Assembly: GCF_046119375.1 (NCBI RefSeq) | Contig: NW_027362764.1 | Span: forward strand, 411,122,001 to 411,186,000 | From: Phyllobates terribilis | Lineage: Eukaryota | Reading direction: 5' to 3' | Length of the DNA stretch: 64,000 nt | Shown here: in pieces, positions 1 through 10,156 of the stretch | How the letters are laid out: each line of letters starts with the position of its first letter | How positions within the stretch are numbered: position 1 is the first letter of the stretch | Position numbers and translations under genes: made by a program | Notes under the pieces: model-generated | Databases searched by the model: none | What the model saw: the letters and a program-made list of their open reading frames with translations, nothing else | Told to the model about the DNA's origin: nothing

Positions 1-295
1 AAAATCGGTTGCCATACTGTGGCTCTGTATGACATCCGATTTTTTTTTATACACCCATAGACTTGAATGGGTGAGTCTGATGTGATTTACAGAAGAAACT
101 AGTGTATGCGGTGATTTTTTGTCACACACAACTTCAGTCAGTGAAAAAAATTGCTCATCTGCACTGCATCATTGAATAACATTGGTATGAGTGCTGTCTG
201 TTTTTAACACGGACAGGACTTGAGTCAAAAAGAAAGAGCTCTTAGGATAAGTTAAACTTTTTAGCAATCAATTAGAACAGAATTTTCAACCTTAA

Positions 296-663
296 AGGAG
301 TATTCCCATCTCCAAGATCTTATTCCAATATGCAGTATGCGCAATAATTACAATATTAGCAAATACCTCGAATTAGAAAAGTAGTATGGTTTTTCTGATT
401 CTCTATGTCTCTTTCCTCATGTGCAGGCATTGCATGACCTTAGGTATCCATGGTTACGACCACTGATATAGTGACAGCTAGTTAGCTAGTTGCTAATGGT
501 CGTAACCATGGATACCTAAGGTCCTGCAATACCTGCACATGAGGAAAGAGACATAGAGAATCAGAAAAACCATACTACATTTCTAATTCGAGATATTTGC
601 TAATATTATAATTATTGCACCTACTACATATTGGAATAGGATCTTGGAGATGGGACTACCCCT
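296..663. mobile_element. Palindromic T2/Kolobok-type MITE
   Basis: TTAA at 292-295 and 664-667; AGG...CCT termini; near-complete internal palindrome (e.g. CCTTAGGTATCCATGGTTACGACCA / TGGTCGTAACCATGGATACCTAAGG). Confidence 0.85.
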
Positions 664-697
664 TTAAATAAGTTTAAGAGTAAAAGGTGGAGATTTA

Positions 698-2301
698 CAG
701 TGGGTGCAGAAAGTATTCAGACCCCTTTAAATGTTTCACTCTTTGTTTCATTGCAGCCATTTGGTAAATTCTAAAAAGTTCATTTTTTTCTCATTAAAGT
801 ACACTCCGCACCCCATCTTGACTGAAAAAAAACAAATGTAGAAATTTTTGCAAATTTATTCAAAAAGAAAAACTGAAATATCATATGGTCATAAGTATTC
901 AGACCCTTTGCACAGACACTCATATTTAAATCACATGCTGTCCATTTCCTTGTGATCCTCCTTGAGATGGTTTTACTCCTTCATAGGAGTCCAGCTGTGT
1001 TTAACTAAACTGATAGGACTTGATTTGGAAAGGCACACACCTGTCTATATAAGACCTCACAGCTCACAGTGCATGTCAGATCAAATGAGAATCATGAGCT
1101 CAAAGGAACTGCCCAAGGAGCTCAGAGACAGAATTGTGGCAAGGCACAGATTTGACCAAGGTTACAAAAGAATTTCTGCATTACTCAAGGTTCCTAAGAG
1201 CATAGTAGCCTCCATAATCCTTAAATGAAAGACATTTGGGACCACCAGAAGTCTTCCTGGACCTGGTCATCCAGCCAAACTGAGCAATCGTGGGAGAAGA
1301 GCCTTGGTGAGAGAGGTAAAGAAGAACCCCAAGATCACTGTAGCTGAGCTCCAGAGAAGCAGTAGGGAGATGGGAGAAAGTTCCACAAAGTCAACGATCA
1401 CTGCAGCCCTCCACCATTCGGGCTTTTATGGCAGAGTGGCCCGATGGAAGCCTCTCCTCAGTGCAAGACATATGAAAACCCGCATAGAGTTTGCTCAAAA
1501 ACACATGAAGGACTCCCAGACTATGAGAAATAAGATTCTCAGGAATGATGAGACTAAGACAGAACATTTTGGTGATAATTCTAAGCGGTATGTGTGGAGA
1601 AAACCTGGCACTGCTCATCACCTGCCCAATACAATCCCAACAGTGAAACATGGTGGTGGCAGCATCATACAATGGAGGTGTTTTTCAGCTGAGGGACAGG
1701 ACGACTGATGCAATTGAAGGAAACATGAATGCGGCCAAGTACAGAGATATCCTGCATGAAAACTTCTTCCAGAGTGCTCTGGACCTCAGACTTGGCCGAA
1801 GGTTCACCTTCCAACAAGGCAATGACCCTAAGCACACAGCTAAAATAGCAAAGGAGTAGCTTCAGAACAACTCTGTGACCATTCTTGACTAGCCCAGTCA
1901 GAGCCCTGACCTAAACCCAATTGAGCATTTCTGGAGAGACCTGAAAATGGCTGTCCACCAACATTCACCATCCAACCTGACGGAACTGGAGAGGATCCCC
2001 AAATCCAGGTGTGAAAAACTTGTTGCATCATTCCCAAGAAGACTCATGGCTGTACTAGCTTAAAAGGGTGCTTCTACTCAATACTGAGCAAAGGGTCTGA
2101 ATACTTAAGACCATGTGATATTTCAGTTTTTCCTTTTTAATACATTTGCAAAATTTTCTACATTTCTGTTTTTTTCAGTCAAGATGGGGTGCAGAGTGTA
2201 CTTTATTGAGAAAAAAATTAACTTTTTAGAATTTACCAAATGGCTGCAATGAAACAAAGAGTAAAAATTTAAGGGAGTCTGAATACTTTCCATATCTACT
2301 C
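698..2301 (+). mobile_element. Tc1-family DNA transposon, full length, transposase inactivated
   Basis: TA|CAGTGGGTGCAGAAAGTATTCAGACCC left end with a degenerate ~200-bp inverted copy at the right end followed by TA; ORF fragments MSSKELPKELRDRIV..., [31 protein letters not shown] broken by stops and frameshifts. Confidence 0.92.
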
Positions 2302-2636
2302 TATTTTCAGGTCATTCATGATGACTTGCAGCAGAAAGTTTTTTGTGGAAATTACCTTAAAATCCTTAAAACCCACTGGAAACCTATGTCAAAATCCATA
2401 TTTGTTACAAGTGGATTTTACTATGGACTTCACAATTTGCATGGCTGTGTGTCGAAACTGCAGAAATATATTCTGCATAATGGTTTACAATTTGTGAGCA
2501 AGATGTATACATTAAATGTATTCATTGTTTCTTCGGCGCCAAGAGAAGGCAATGTATAGCATCTATCAGACTAATACTTTGTTTTTTTAATGCCTGTATA
2601 ACATCTAGTACCGTATGTCTGGTGATGGGTCTAGAG

Positions 2637-2931
2637 CAGGGGTGGAGAATCATTTTTCTGCCAAGGGTCATTTGGATATTTATACCATCCTTCTGGGTAC
2701 AAATAGCGTGCTAACTATGCCCACAAAGTACGTCCTGACGTTGGCACTAGTGTCAGGAAATAATCTTTTATTTCACGCCCTTCAGCATGCAGTTTTGAAC
2801 ACGCAAGAAGAAGGTAATGGGCCAGCAGCCGTCAAAATACAGCTGCCGGGCAAAGCACTGCAGTCCCTAGGAATCTGCCTGGGGGCTGGATAAAAGGTCA
2901 TCGAGGGCTGTAAACAGGTTCCCCACCCCTG
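2637..2931. mobile_element. Short non-autonomous hAT MITE
   Basis: CAGGGGTGG...CCACCCCTG termini; degenerate 8-bp TSD GTCTAGAG/GTTTAGTA; both ends resemble the element at 28603-29858. Confidence 0.75.
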
Positions 2932-3491
2932 GTTTAGTAGGAAGTTAAGGAAGGACACATCCGTATGTTCAACTTTCCCTTTCATCAGCCTAGATTTTAA
3001 ACTTCTGAAAGTTTATTATATTTAAGCAACAAGTGCTACCTACCAACATCAACTGTTCAAATCCCATAACCCTCAATGACATTGGTTTTTATGTAACAAT
3101 ACAAGATCTATAAAATTCATATTTTGAAAAACTACAAAGTTGAAATGTTTACTTAACGCAGGGGGAAATGAAAAGCACAGAAAAGTCAGTGTCATTTTTT
3201 TTTGCAGAGAATTTGCTGTGTGGTGCTAAGTGCAGGCGCTCCAGGTTAGACGGAATTGTTCTTCCATCTTTTAAATAAGCTTAAAATAAAGCGCGACACA
3301 ACTCTCATTGAATTCACACAATGAACATCGTTCTTACAACACAAAGAAATAAGTAGCAACTGGAGAGCCCATTCAAACATCTTCATGAATTACATGGTAG
3401 ACATTGTACTTTCATGTTTTTTTCTCTCATCAAAATAAAGACTTACAAGAAGTACTGAAAATATTAGGAAAAGGTAGTATTAGACTAACAA

Positions 3492-3718
3492 TAGTGATAG
3501 GTGAACGTGCTGCATGATTTGCGGCTGTTTGACAGCCGCTAGATATGCAAGGTTTGCCTGACAAACAGGCAATCCCTGCATGTGTTGTGGCTGTCTAACA
3601 GCCACGAGACATGCAGCCGCAGTGACACGAACATGTTTTCCAAACACACCGAGGATACTCTGTTAGGACTCGAGCGTGCTCGGATAACCCCTTATCCGAG
3701 CACGTTCGCGCATCACTA
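3492..3718. mobile_element. Short hAT-type MITE remnant
   Basis: TAGTGAT...CATCACTA termini with internal GCTCGG/CCGAGC motifs, the same terminal type as the large hATs in this window. Confidence 0.55.
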
Positions 3719-3973
3719 ACTAACAAATGTATAATAATGAGGAATATAACCAAAATCTAGCTCTACAAAAAGTTCCCCCTAATAAAATATAACTTTTATT
3801 TAGCACAATTAAAACAAAATATCACACTAGTTCCTGGAATAAACAAATAATCTTGGCCTGAGTGAATTTGGTTATCCACTATTATATAGCAACCTCAATT
3901 AGATACAGATGGAGACTAATAGAGATTATAACCAAAAAGAAATACTCCTAAAATGTAATTTTTAATTATACGG

Positions 3974-4973
3974 TGAGGTAGATCGGCTCACTCGGCTGAT
4001 GCAGTAGGGCGAATAATTGGGAGCGAGGGGGTTTATCACCTTAATACGCCCAGAGGTGAACCCGTTGTGCTCTGACTGACATAGTCACTCCAGCGCATGC
4101 CAAAATTTCAGTTTTTAATTTGGAATACTCCTGTGTATCCTGTAATGCCAGATCATAATAAGTCTTTTGGAGCTCACCAGTTAAATAGGGTGCCAGCACC
4201 TCTGTCCACAGCTCTGGTGGCAGCTCAACCCGCTCTGCTACCCATTCAAAAACAGTCAAAATGCCTCCACATCATCCCCTGGGGTCATCTTTTGCATGGC
4301 TTGTCTTAACACTTTCCAGACATATGAGTCATCACTTGGACTTGGGGGAGGGGCTGCTGGCCTCCCACAAACTGCCTCTGTGAGCAATTTCATCTGCTGC
4401 TGCTATTGTCTGTGATGTTCTTGTTGCCGCTGCTGCTGTTGTGGATCTGTTGCATAAGCAGCTTACTTGTTTCCTGCTGGGCTAGATGCTTAGTCAGGTC
4501 CTCCATGGTGTTGGTCGTCGTTTCCTGGCTGTCACTTTAAATTTCTTATTGGTTTATTACATGACATCATCAAAATAAACATGGCTTTTCTGGCATAACG
4601 GCAAAGCAAAAGAAAGTGTACAACACAGTCCATACGTCTGGGCGAATTCGGCCACTCATGGTTAGCAAAAACACACTGTTCAGGTTAGCACAAACACATG
4701 CTCATCTCTCTCTGCAGCTAGCCTCTCCAGATACACTGAGCACTGAATGACTCAGCAGGCTGTCTATTTAAACCACAGACCACATCCTGGGTGGAGATAT
4801 GGAGAACAACCTCCCACAGGCTCTATGGTTGTTCTAAAAAACACAGCCCTTAAATGGCTGCTTAACCCCTCTCAATACTTAGTGTGCTGGAGCAAAACGT
4901 CTGAGTCAATGAAGTTAATAGCCTCAGTGAAACATACCTCCCCTCCAGCACTTTGCCAGTGACTTTTTTCACA
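3974..4973 (-). mobile_element. Internally deleted Gypsy-type LTR retrotransposon with SCAN-like gag remnant
   Basis: TG...CA ends; 4-bp TSD ACGG/ATGG; it interrupts one arm of the outer inverted repeat; minus-strand peptides MEDLTKHLAQQ and FEWVAERVELPPELWTEVLAPYLTGELQKTYYDL...KLKTEIL resemble SCAN-related gag. Confidence 0.65.
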
Positions 4974-5647
4974 ATGGTTAATATGCCCATAAATAAATCT
5001 AACAATATATAGGATCAAAACATATCCCCATGAGATTAATGAACATAGATAGGGAAAGAAAAAATCTAGAGGGGTGAGGAAGTGTATTCACCCTCACTTG
5101 CCCTACATTCCCACAAAGATTGGCACCCTAAGTTTGATATGGCGCCCCCGCTCAATGCAGACTATCCCTAAATTACCCTAAAAAGAACTAACTATCCAAA
5201 AACCACCACCATCACTAAACAATAAAGTGCTATAGTGCAGATTTGTAGGATATGTCTGGTCATATGACCCTAAGGTAGTACAAGGTCATAAACTGTAGGA
5301 ATGTGCAGAAAAATAGGATGGTCCCTATTTGAGTGAACCCTCCAAAGATATGGCAGTTTATTTGATAACTCAAATTATTGATTACAAGGCTGTAGCATAA
5401 AATACCAATAAAGCCTAATAAATCTTTGTAGCAAATATGGACACATATAATGTAGTAGCATGTACTTAATTATGATATAATTATCTTTAGAGGTATTCAC
5501 AGGCCCATACCTATGCGCTTCAAGAGATGAGGTGCAGAGTTCATCAGGGGACCTTGTGTACAGTGTCCATTTTAGAACATGATCAGATATCAAAATCAAA
5601 CATCAGAATGATGTCAGTTTGAAGATAAATACCCTGTCTGAGAACTG

Positions 5648-6066
5648 ATTTTGATAAGTGATTCTGACAAGCGATTCTGACAAGTGATTTTGATGAGTGA
5701 TTCTGACAAGTGATTTTGATGAGTGATTCTGACAAGTGATTTTTATAAGTGATTCTGACAAGTGATTTTGATGAGTGATTCTGACAAGTGATTCTGACAA
5801 GAGATTTTGATGAGTGATTCTGACAAGTGATTCTGACGAGTGATTTTGATGAGTGATTCTGACAAGTGATTTTGATGAGTGATTCTGACAAGTGATTCTG
5901 ACAAGTGATTTTGACGAGTTTTTTTTGACGAGTGATTTTGACGAGTGATTTTGACGAGTGATTTTGATTAGTGATTCAGACGAGCGATTCAGAAGAGCGA
6001 TTCTGACGAGCGATTCTGACGAGCGACTCCGACGAGCGATTCTGACGAGCGACTCTGACGAGTGAC
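5648..6066. repeat. 13-bp tandem array in left arm of foldback element
   Basis: Units GTGATTCTGACAA / GTGATTTTGATGA, grading into GCGATTCTGACGA. Confidence 0.9.
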
Positions 6067-6105
6067 TTTTACAACTGTAATAATAATAATAAAAAAAAAG
6101 TAACT

Positions 6106-6177
6106 GTTCGCTGATGGGACTTGAACCCCAAATTCTGTGTCCCAAAGCCAGTGCACTAACCACTGGTCTACAAACTC
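6106..6177 (-). ncRNA. tRNA-like Pol III cassette X (not a functional tRNA)
   Basis: Minus strand reads GTAGACCAGTGGTTAG (box A-like)...GGTTCAAGTCC (box B-like) and then an oligo-T run (A-run 6091-6099); the acceptor stem does not pair. Confidence 0.6.
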
Positions 6178-6422
6178 AGCTGTAAAAGCCTAGGAATTCT
6201 ATTTGGTTATATGATTCTCAGTGCAAACTTGCCTAAAACTCATCGGGACTTATGCACAGACTGCAAGCAAGCCAAATTCAAATGATGTTTGATTTTGATG
6301 TGTGAGTCTGATGTGTGACTTTCTTCAAACATCAGAATCAGAATCACAATGACTTTTAGTCACCCTGAGTATTTTCATGGTTGATCTCATAAGACAAGAA
6401 AGGCTGTCAGTTAGTATCACTT

Positions 6423-6486
6423 GACTGGATAGCGCAATGCTAAGGCATCATCCTCTTAAACTATTGTGTTACAAATACTGATAGGA
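6423..6486 (+). ncRNA. tRNA-like cassette Y, box B deleted
   Basis: GGATAGCGCAATGCTAAGGCATCA...; mirror of 6906-6975 but lacking the AGAGTT segment of box B; followed by a T-run at ~6498-6503. Confidence 0.4.
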
Positions 6487-6905
6487 ATAAAAAATTGTTT
6501 TTTAATTATGACTCTTTAGCACACAAACTACAGGGGTGTTTTACTTTTAATATCTGACACTCTGATTGTCATCCTGATGTGCTAAGAGTTTCAGACACGC
6601 TGTCTATTTGCATGGCCAAAGTAAATTGGGAGGCAATAACTTACTACATATCTATTTCCAAGAGACTTTACATTTGCATAATTTCTTAAAGGGGTCTAAT
6701 GATAAAATGTTTTTATTTCCATCCACCCAAGTACTGGCTGCAAACTCCCAATTTACTTTTGCTATGTAATTTACCATGCAACTAGATAGCGTGTCTGAAA
6801 CTCTTAACACATCAGGATGACAATCAGAGAGTCAGATGTTAAAAGTAAAACACCCCTGTAGTTTGTGTGCTTAATAGCCATAATAATAAAAAAAAAAAAT
6901 CTTAT

Positions 6906-6975
6906 TCCTATCAGGATTTGAACTCTTAACACTATAGTTTCAGAGGCTGATGCCTTAGCATTAAGCTATCCAGTC
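6906..6975 (-). ncRNA. tRNA-like Pol III cassette Y' (degenerate)
   Basis: Minus strand GGATAGCTTAATGCTAAGGCATCAGCCTCTGAAAC...GAGTTCAAATCC with a D-arm-like stem, a CT-CTG-AA loop and box B, followed by a long T-run. Confidence 0.55.
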
Positions 6976-7210
6976 AAGTGATAAACACTGATAGCTTTTC
7001 TTGTTTTATGAGATAAACCATGAAAATACTCAGGGTGACTAAAAGTCATTGTGATTCTGATGTTTGAAGAAAGTCACACATCAGACTCACACATTAAAAT
7101 CAAACATCATTTGAATTTGGCTTGCTTGCAGTCTGTGCATAAGTCCCAATGAGGTTTTGACAAGTTTGCACTGAAATATAACCAAATAGAACTCCTAGGT
7201 TTTCATAACT

Positions 7211-7282
7211 GAGTGTATAGCTTAGTGGTTAGTGCACTGGCTTTAGGACACAGAATTTTGGGATCAAGTCCCATCAGCGAAC
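7211..7282 (+). ncRNA. tRNA-like Pol III cassette X' (not a functional tRNA)
   Basis: TAGCTTAGTGG box A, GGATCAAGTCC imperfect box B, 11 T at 7289-7299. Confidence 0.55.
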
Positions 7283-7321
7283 AATTACTTTTTTTTTTTA
7301 TTATTATTACAGTTGTAAAAG

Positions 7322-7634
7322 TCTCTTGTCAAAGTCACTTGTCAGAATCACGTGTCAGAATCACTCATCAAAATCACTTATCAAAATCACTTGTCAAAAT
7401 CACCTGTCAGAATCACTTGTCAGAATCATTTGTCAAAATCACTTGTCAAAATCACTTGTCAGAATCACTCATCAAAATCACTCATCGAAATCACTTGTCA
7501 AAATCACTCGTCAAAATCACTTGTCAGAATCACTCATCAAAATCACTCGTCAAAATCACTCGTCAAAATCACTTGTCAGAATCACTCATCAAAATCACTC
7601 ATCAAAATCACTTGTCAGAATTACTTATCAAAAT
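7322..7634. repeat. 13-bp tandem array in right arm of foldback element
   Basis: Units TTGTCAGAATCAC / TCATCAAAATCAC, the reverse complement of the left-arm array. Confidence 0.9.
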
Positions 7635-9399
7635 CAGTTCTCAGACAGGGTATTTAGCCTCAAACTGACATCATTCTGATGTTTGATTTTGATATCTGAT
7701 CATGTCCTAAAATGGACACTGTACTTGTGTGCTTGTGTGGGAGTAGTTCCTGCAATGAGAAACCTGTCTTTCTGGCTGCGTGTATGATGGATATCAAAAG
7801 ATCTAAAGATAAGTACATCATCTTATCAATTGTTGATTTTCTGGAATTTGACCAATTTCTGATCCTTATGGATCCTTGCTATGCTAGTATCTGTACTATC
7901 TAGCGAGATGCTGTTCCTTGTGTACACCTATAGTGTATATTGCTGATCATATTTTATTTGTATTTATATTTAGAATTGGCTGGCATATTTCTGCTACTAC
8001 ATTATATGTGTTCATATTTACAACACAGATTTATTAGGCTTTATTGGTATATTATGCTACAGCCTTGTAATTAATAATTTGCGTTATAAAATAAACTGGC
8101 ATTTCATCTGAGGGTTGACTCAAATAGGTAACATTCTATTTTACTGCATATTCCTGCAGTTTATGACCTTGTATACCTTAAGGTCATTTGACCAAACATA
8201 TCCTACAATTTTTCACTTTAGTACTTTATTGTTTGGTGATGGTGGTGGTTTTAGGATAGCCTCCGGTGGTTTTCAGGATAGCCTGCATTGATTTGGGGTG
8301 CCATATCTAACTTAGGGTGCCAACCTCCGCACCAAGATAGAGCAAGTGAGGGTGAATACACTCCCCCCACCCCTCTAGATTGTCTCTTCTCCTATCTACG
8401 ATCTATCGTATGTTTATTAATCTCATGGGAAAATGTTCTTGATCCTATATATTGTTGGATACATATATGGGCATTTTAACCATATAATTAAAAGTTACAT
8501 TTTAGGAGTATTTCTTTTTGGTTATATCCACTATTATACCAGGCAAACTACATCACTGAAGATACAGGATACAGGGCAAAGGAGGACCTGATACTTTCCC
8601 TAAGAAATGCCCTACCTGACCGCGGAGGTTGACACTCTAAATAAAGCAAGCAAGATTTGGCGCCCCCGCTCACTATTGTTTTACCCTAGATGAACATAGG
8701 GAGCCCTAGGCAGAATATCCATAAATAAGGACAAAGTGACAAAGTGAAAAAATAGGTTATATGTAGTGTTGAGCGAGCATGCTCGACACTGCTCGGTACT
8801 CGCCTGAGCATCTCACTACTCGGGATGTTTGGCGAGCACCAAGCATTTCCGGGTTACTTGGGCGGGAGCTCGGGTCTCCGCCCTGCACGTTTGGCGCTCT
8901 TTACAGAGCCAATGAACATGCAGGGATTACCAGCCAGTCACTGTAATGCCACAGCCATGTTGTTTGTGGGCATTACAGTGATTGGCTGGCCGCACAGCGT
9001 CACCTCGAGTATTTAACACCGGGCGCCGCCATCTTGGACACAGTCGCCCGGGATCAGACAGTGTAGGGTCAGTGCTGCTGAGAGATATATAGTGCGAAAT
9101 AGGTAGTGTAGGGTCTCTAAAGCCTGCCAAATCAAACAAACTGTCCTTCTCAGGACTAATATCCATCCCAAATATCAGGCAGGCAGGCAGGCTTTATAGG
9201 AGACGCAGTGGTTATACCAACAAACACTGCATTACAGTCCTGTGTGCTCCTGCTGGTCAGATTGCTAGACTTATCCCCCGGTCTCAGGGGCCAGGAAAAA
9301 TCCTTTTTTTTTTTATCTAAATCCTGTATTTTTTTTTTCCTCAGTCAGAATACGTGTCTTATTAACCTATTGGTATTTCCCCCCCCACAAAAAAAAATG

Positions 9400-10120
9400 A
9401 GTGTGTCTGTTCAGACACCAATATATCTGTTTAAAAGAGTCTGGTGTAGGCTAGATAACTAGAACTGTGGTTTTGCAGTTCCACGGTTCAAATCTCAGTA
9501 TTATGCAGCTTTTGGCCTTTTTTCTGTAAAAAAAAACAGTAATAGTGTCTCGCTGACTGTTCAGACACAAATATATCTGTTTAAAAGATTCAGGTGTAGG
9601 CCAGATAACTAGAACTGTGGTTTTGCAGTTCCACGGTTCAAATCTCTGTATTATCCAGCTTTTGGCCTTTTTTCCGTAAAAAAAAACAGTAATAGTGTCT
9701 CGCTGACTGTTCAGACACAAATATATCTATTTAAAAGATTCTGGTGTAGGCCAGATAACTAGAACTGTGGTTTTGCAGTTCCACGGTTCAAATCTCTGTA
9801 TTATCCTGCTTTTGGCCTTTTTTTCTGTAAAAAAAAACAGTAATAGTGTCTCGCTGACTGTTCAGACACAAATATATCTGTTTAAAAGATTCTGGTGTAG
9901 GCCAGATAACTAGAACTGTGGTTTTGCAGTTCCACGGTTCAAATCTCAGTATTATCCTGCTTTTGGCCTTTTTTCCGTAAAAAAAAGCAGTAATAGTGTC
10001 TCTCTGACTGTTCAGACACAAATATATCTGTTTAAAAGATTCTGGTGTAGGCCAGAGAAATAGAACTGTGGTTTTCCTCTTCCATGGTTCTAATCTCCTT
10101 TTTATTAGCCTTTTTCCATT
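9400..10120. repeat. ~150-bp tandem array (about 5 copies) upstream of the hAT transposase
   Basis: ACTGTTCAGACACAAATATATCTGTTTAAAAGATTC recurs at ~150-bp spacing. Confidence 0.9.
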
Positions 10121-10156
10121 GATCGTGCGAGTGTAAGCTATTTTACTTCCTTTACA

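Larger units (their letters stand above)
5561..7721. mobile_element. Non-autonomous Tc1/mariner-type foldback element (~1.07-kb inverted arms, ~110-bp spacer)
   Basis: TA|CAGTGTCCATTTTAG...CTAAAATGGACACTG|TA; arms pair continuously up to GTAAATTGGGAG (6621-6632) / CTCCCAATTTAC (~6746-6757); no ORF. Confidence 0.85.
3920..8530. repeat. Old outer inverted repeat pair (3920-3970 plus 4974-5465 versus about 7985-8530), possibly Penelope-like pseudo-LTRs
   Basis: Several blocks match in reverse complement, e.g. AACCAAAAAGAAATACTCCCTAAAATGTAA vs TTACATTTTAGGAGTATTTCTTTTTGGTT and GCTGTAGCATAAAATACCAATAAAGCCTAATAAATC vs GATTTATTAGGCTTTATTGGTATATTATGCTACAGC. The Penelope assignment is inference. Confidence 0.6.

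Noticed and set aside
6106-7282. Functional tRNA gene cluster
   Set aside because: Acceptor and anticodon stems do not pair properly; isotype (Gln/Arg/Pro-like) cannot be assigned; kept only as tRNA-like cassettes.
5583-7679. Repetitive ORFs (ITCQNHSSKSLV...) on both strands
   Set aside because: By-products of 13-bp tandem repeats in mirror arms; no domain or expression signals.
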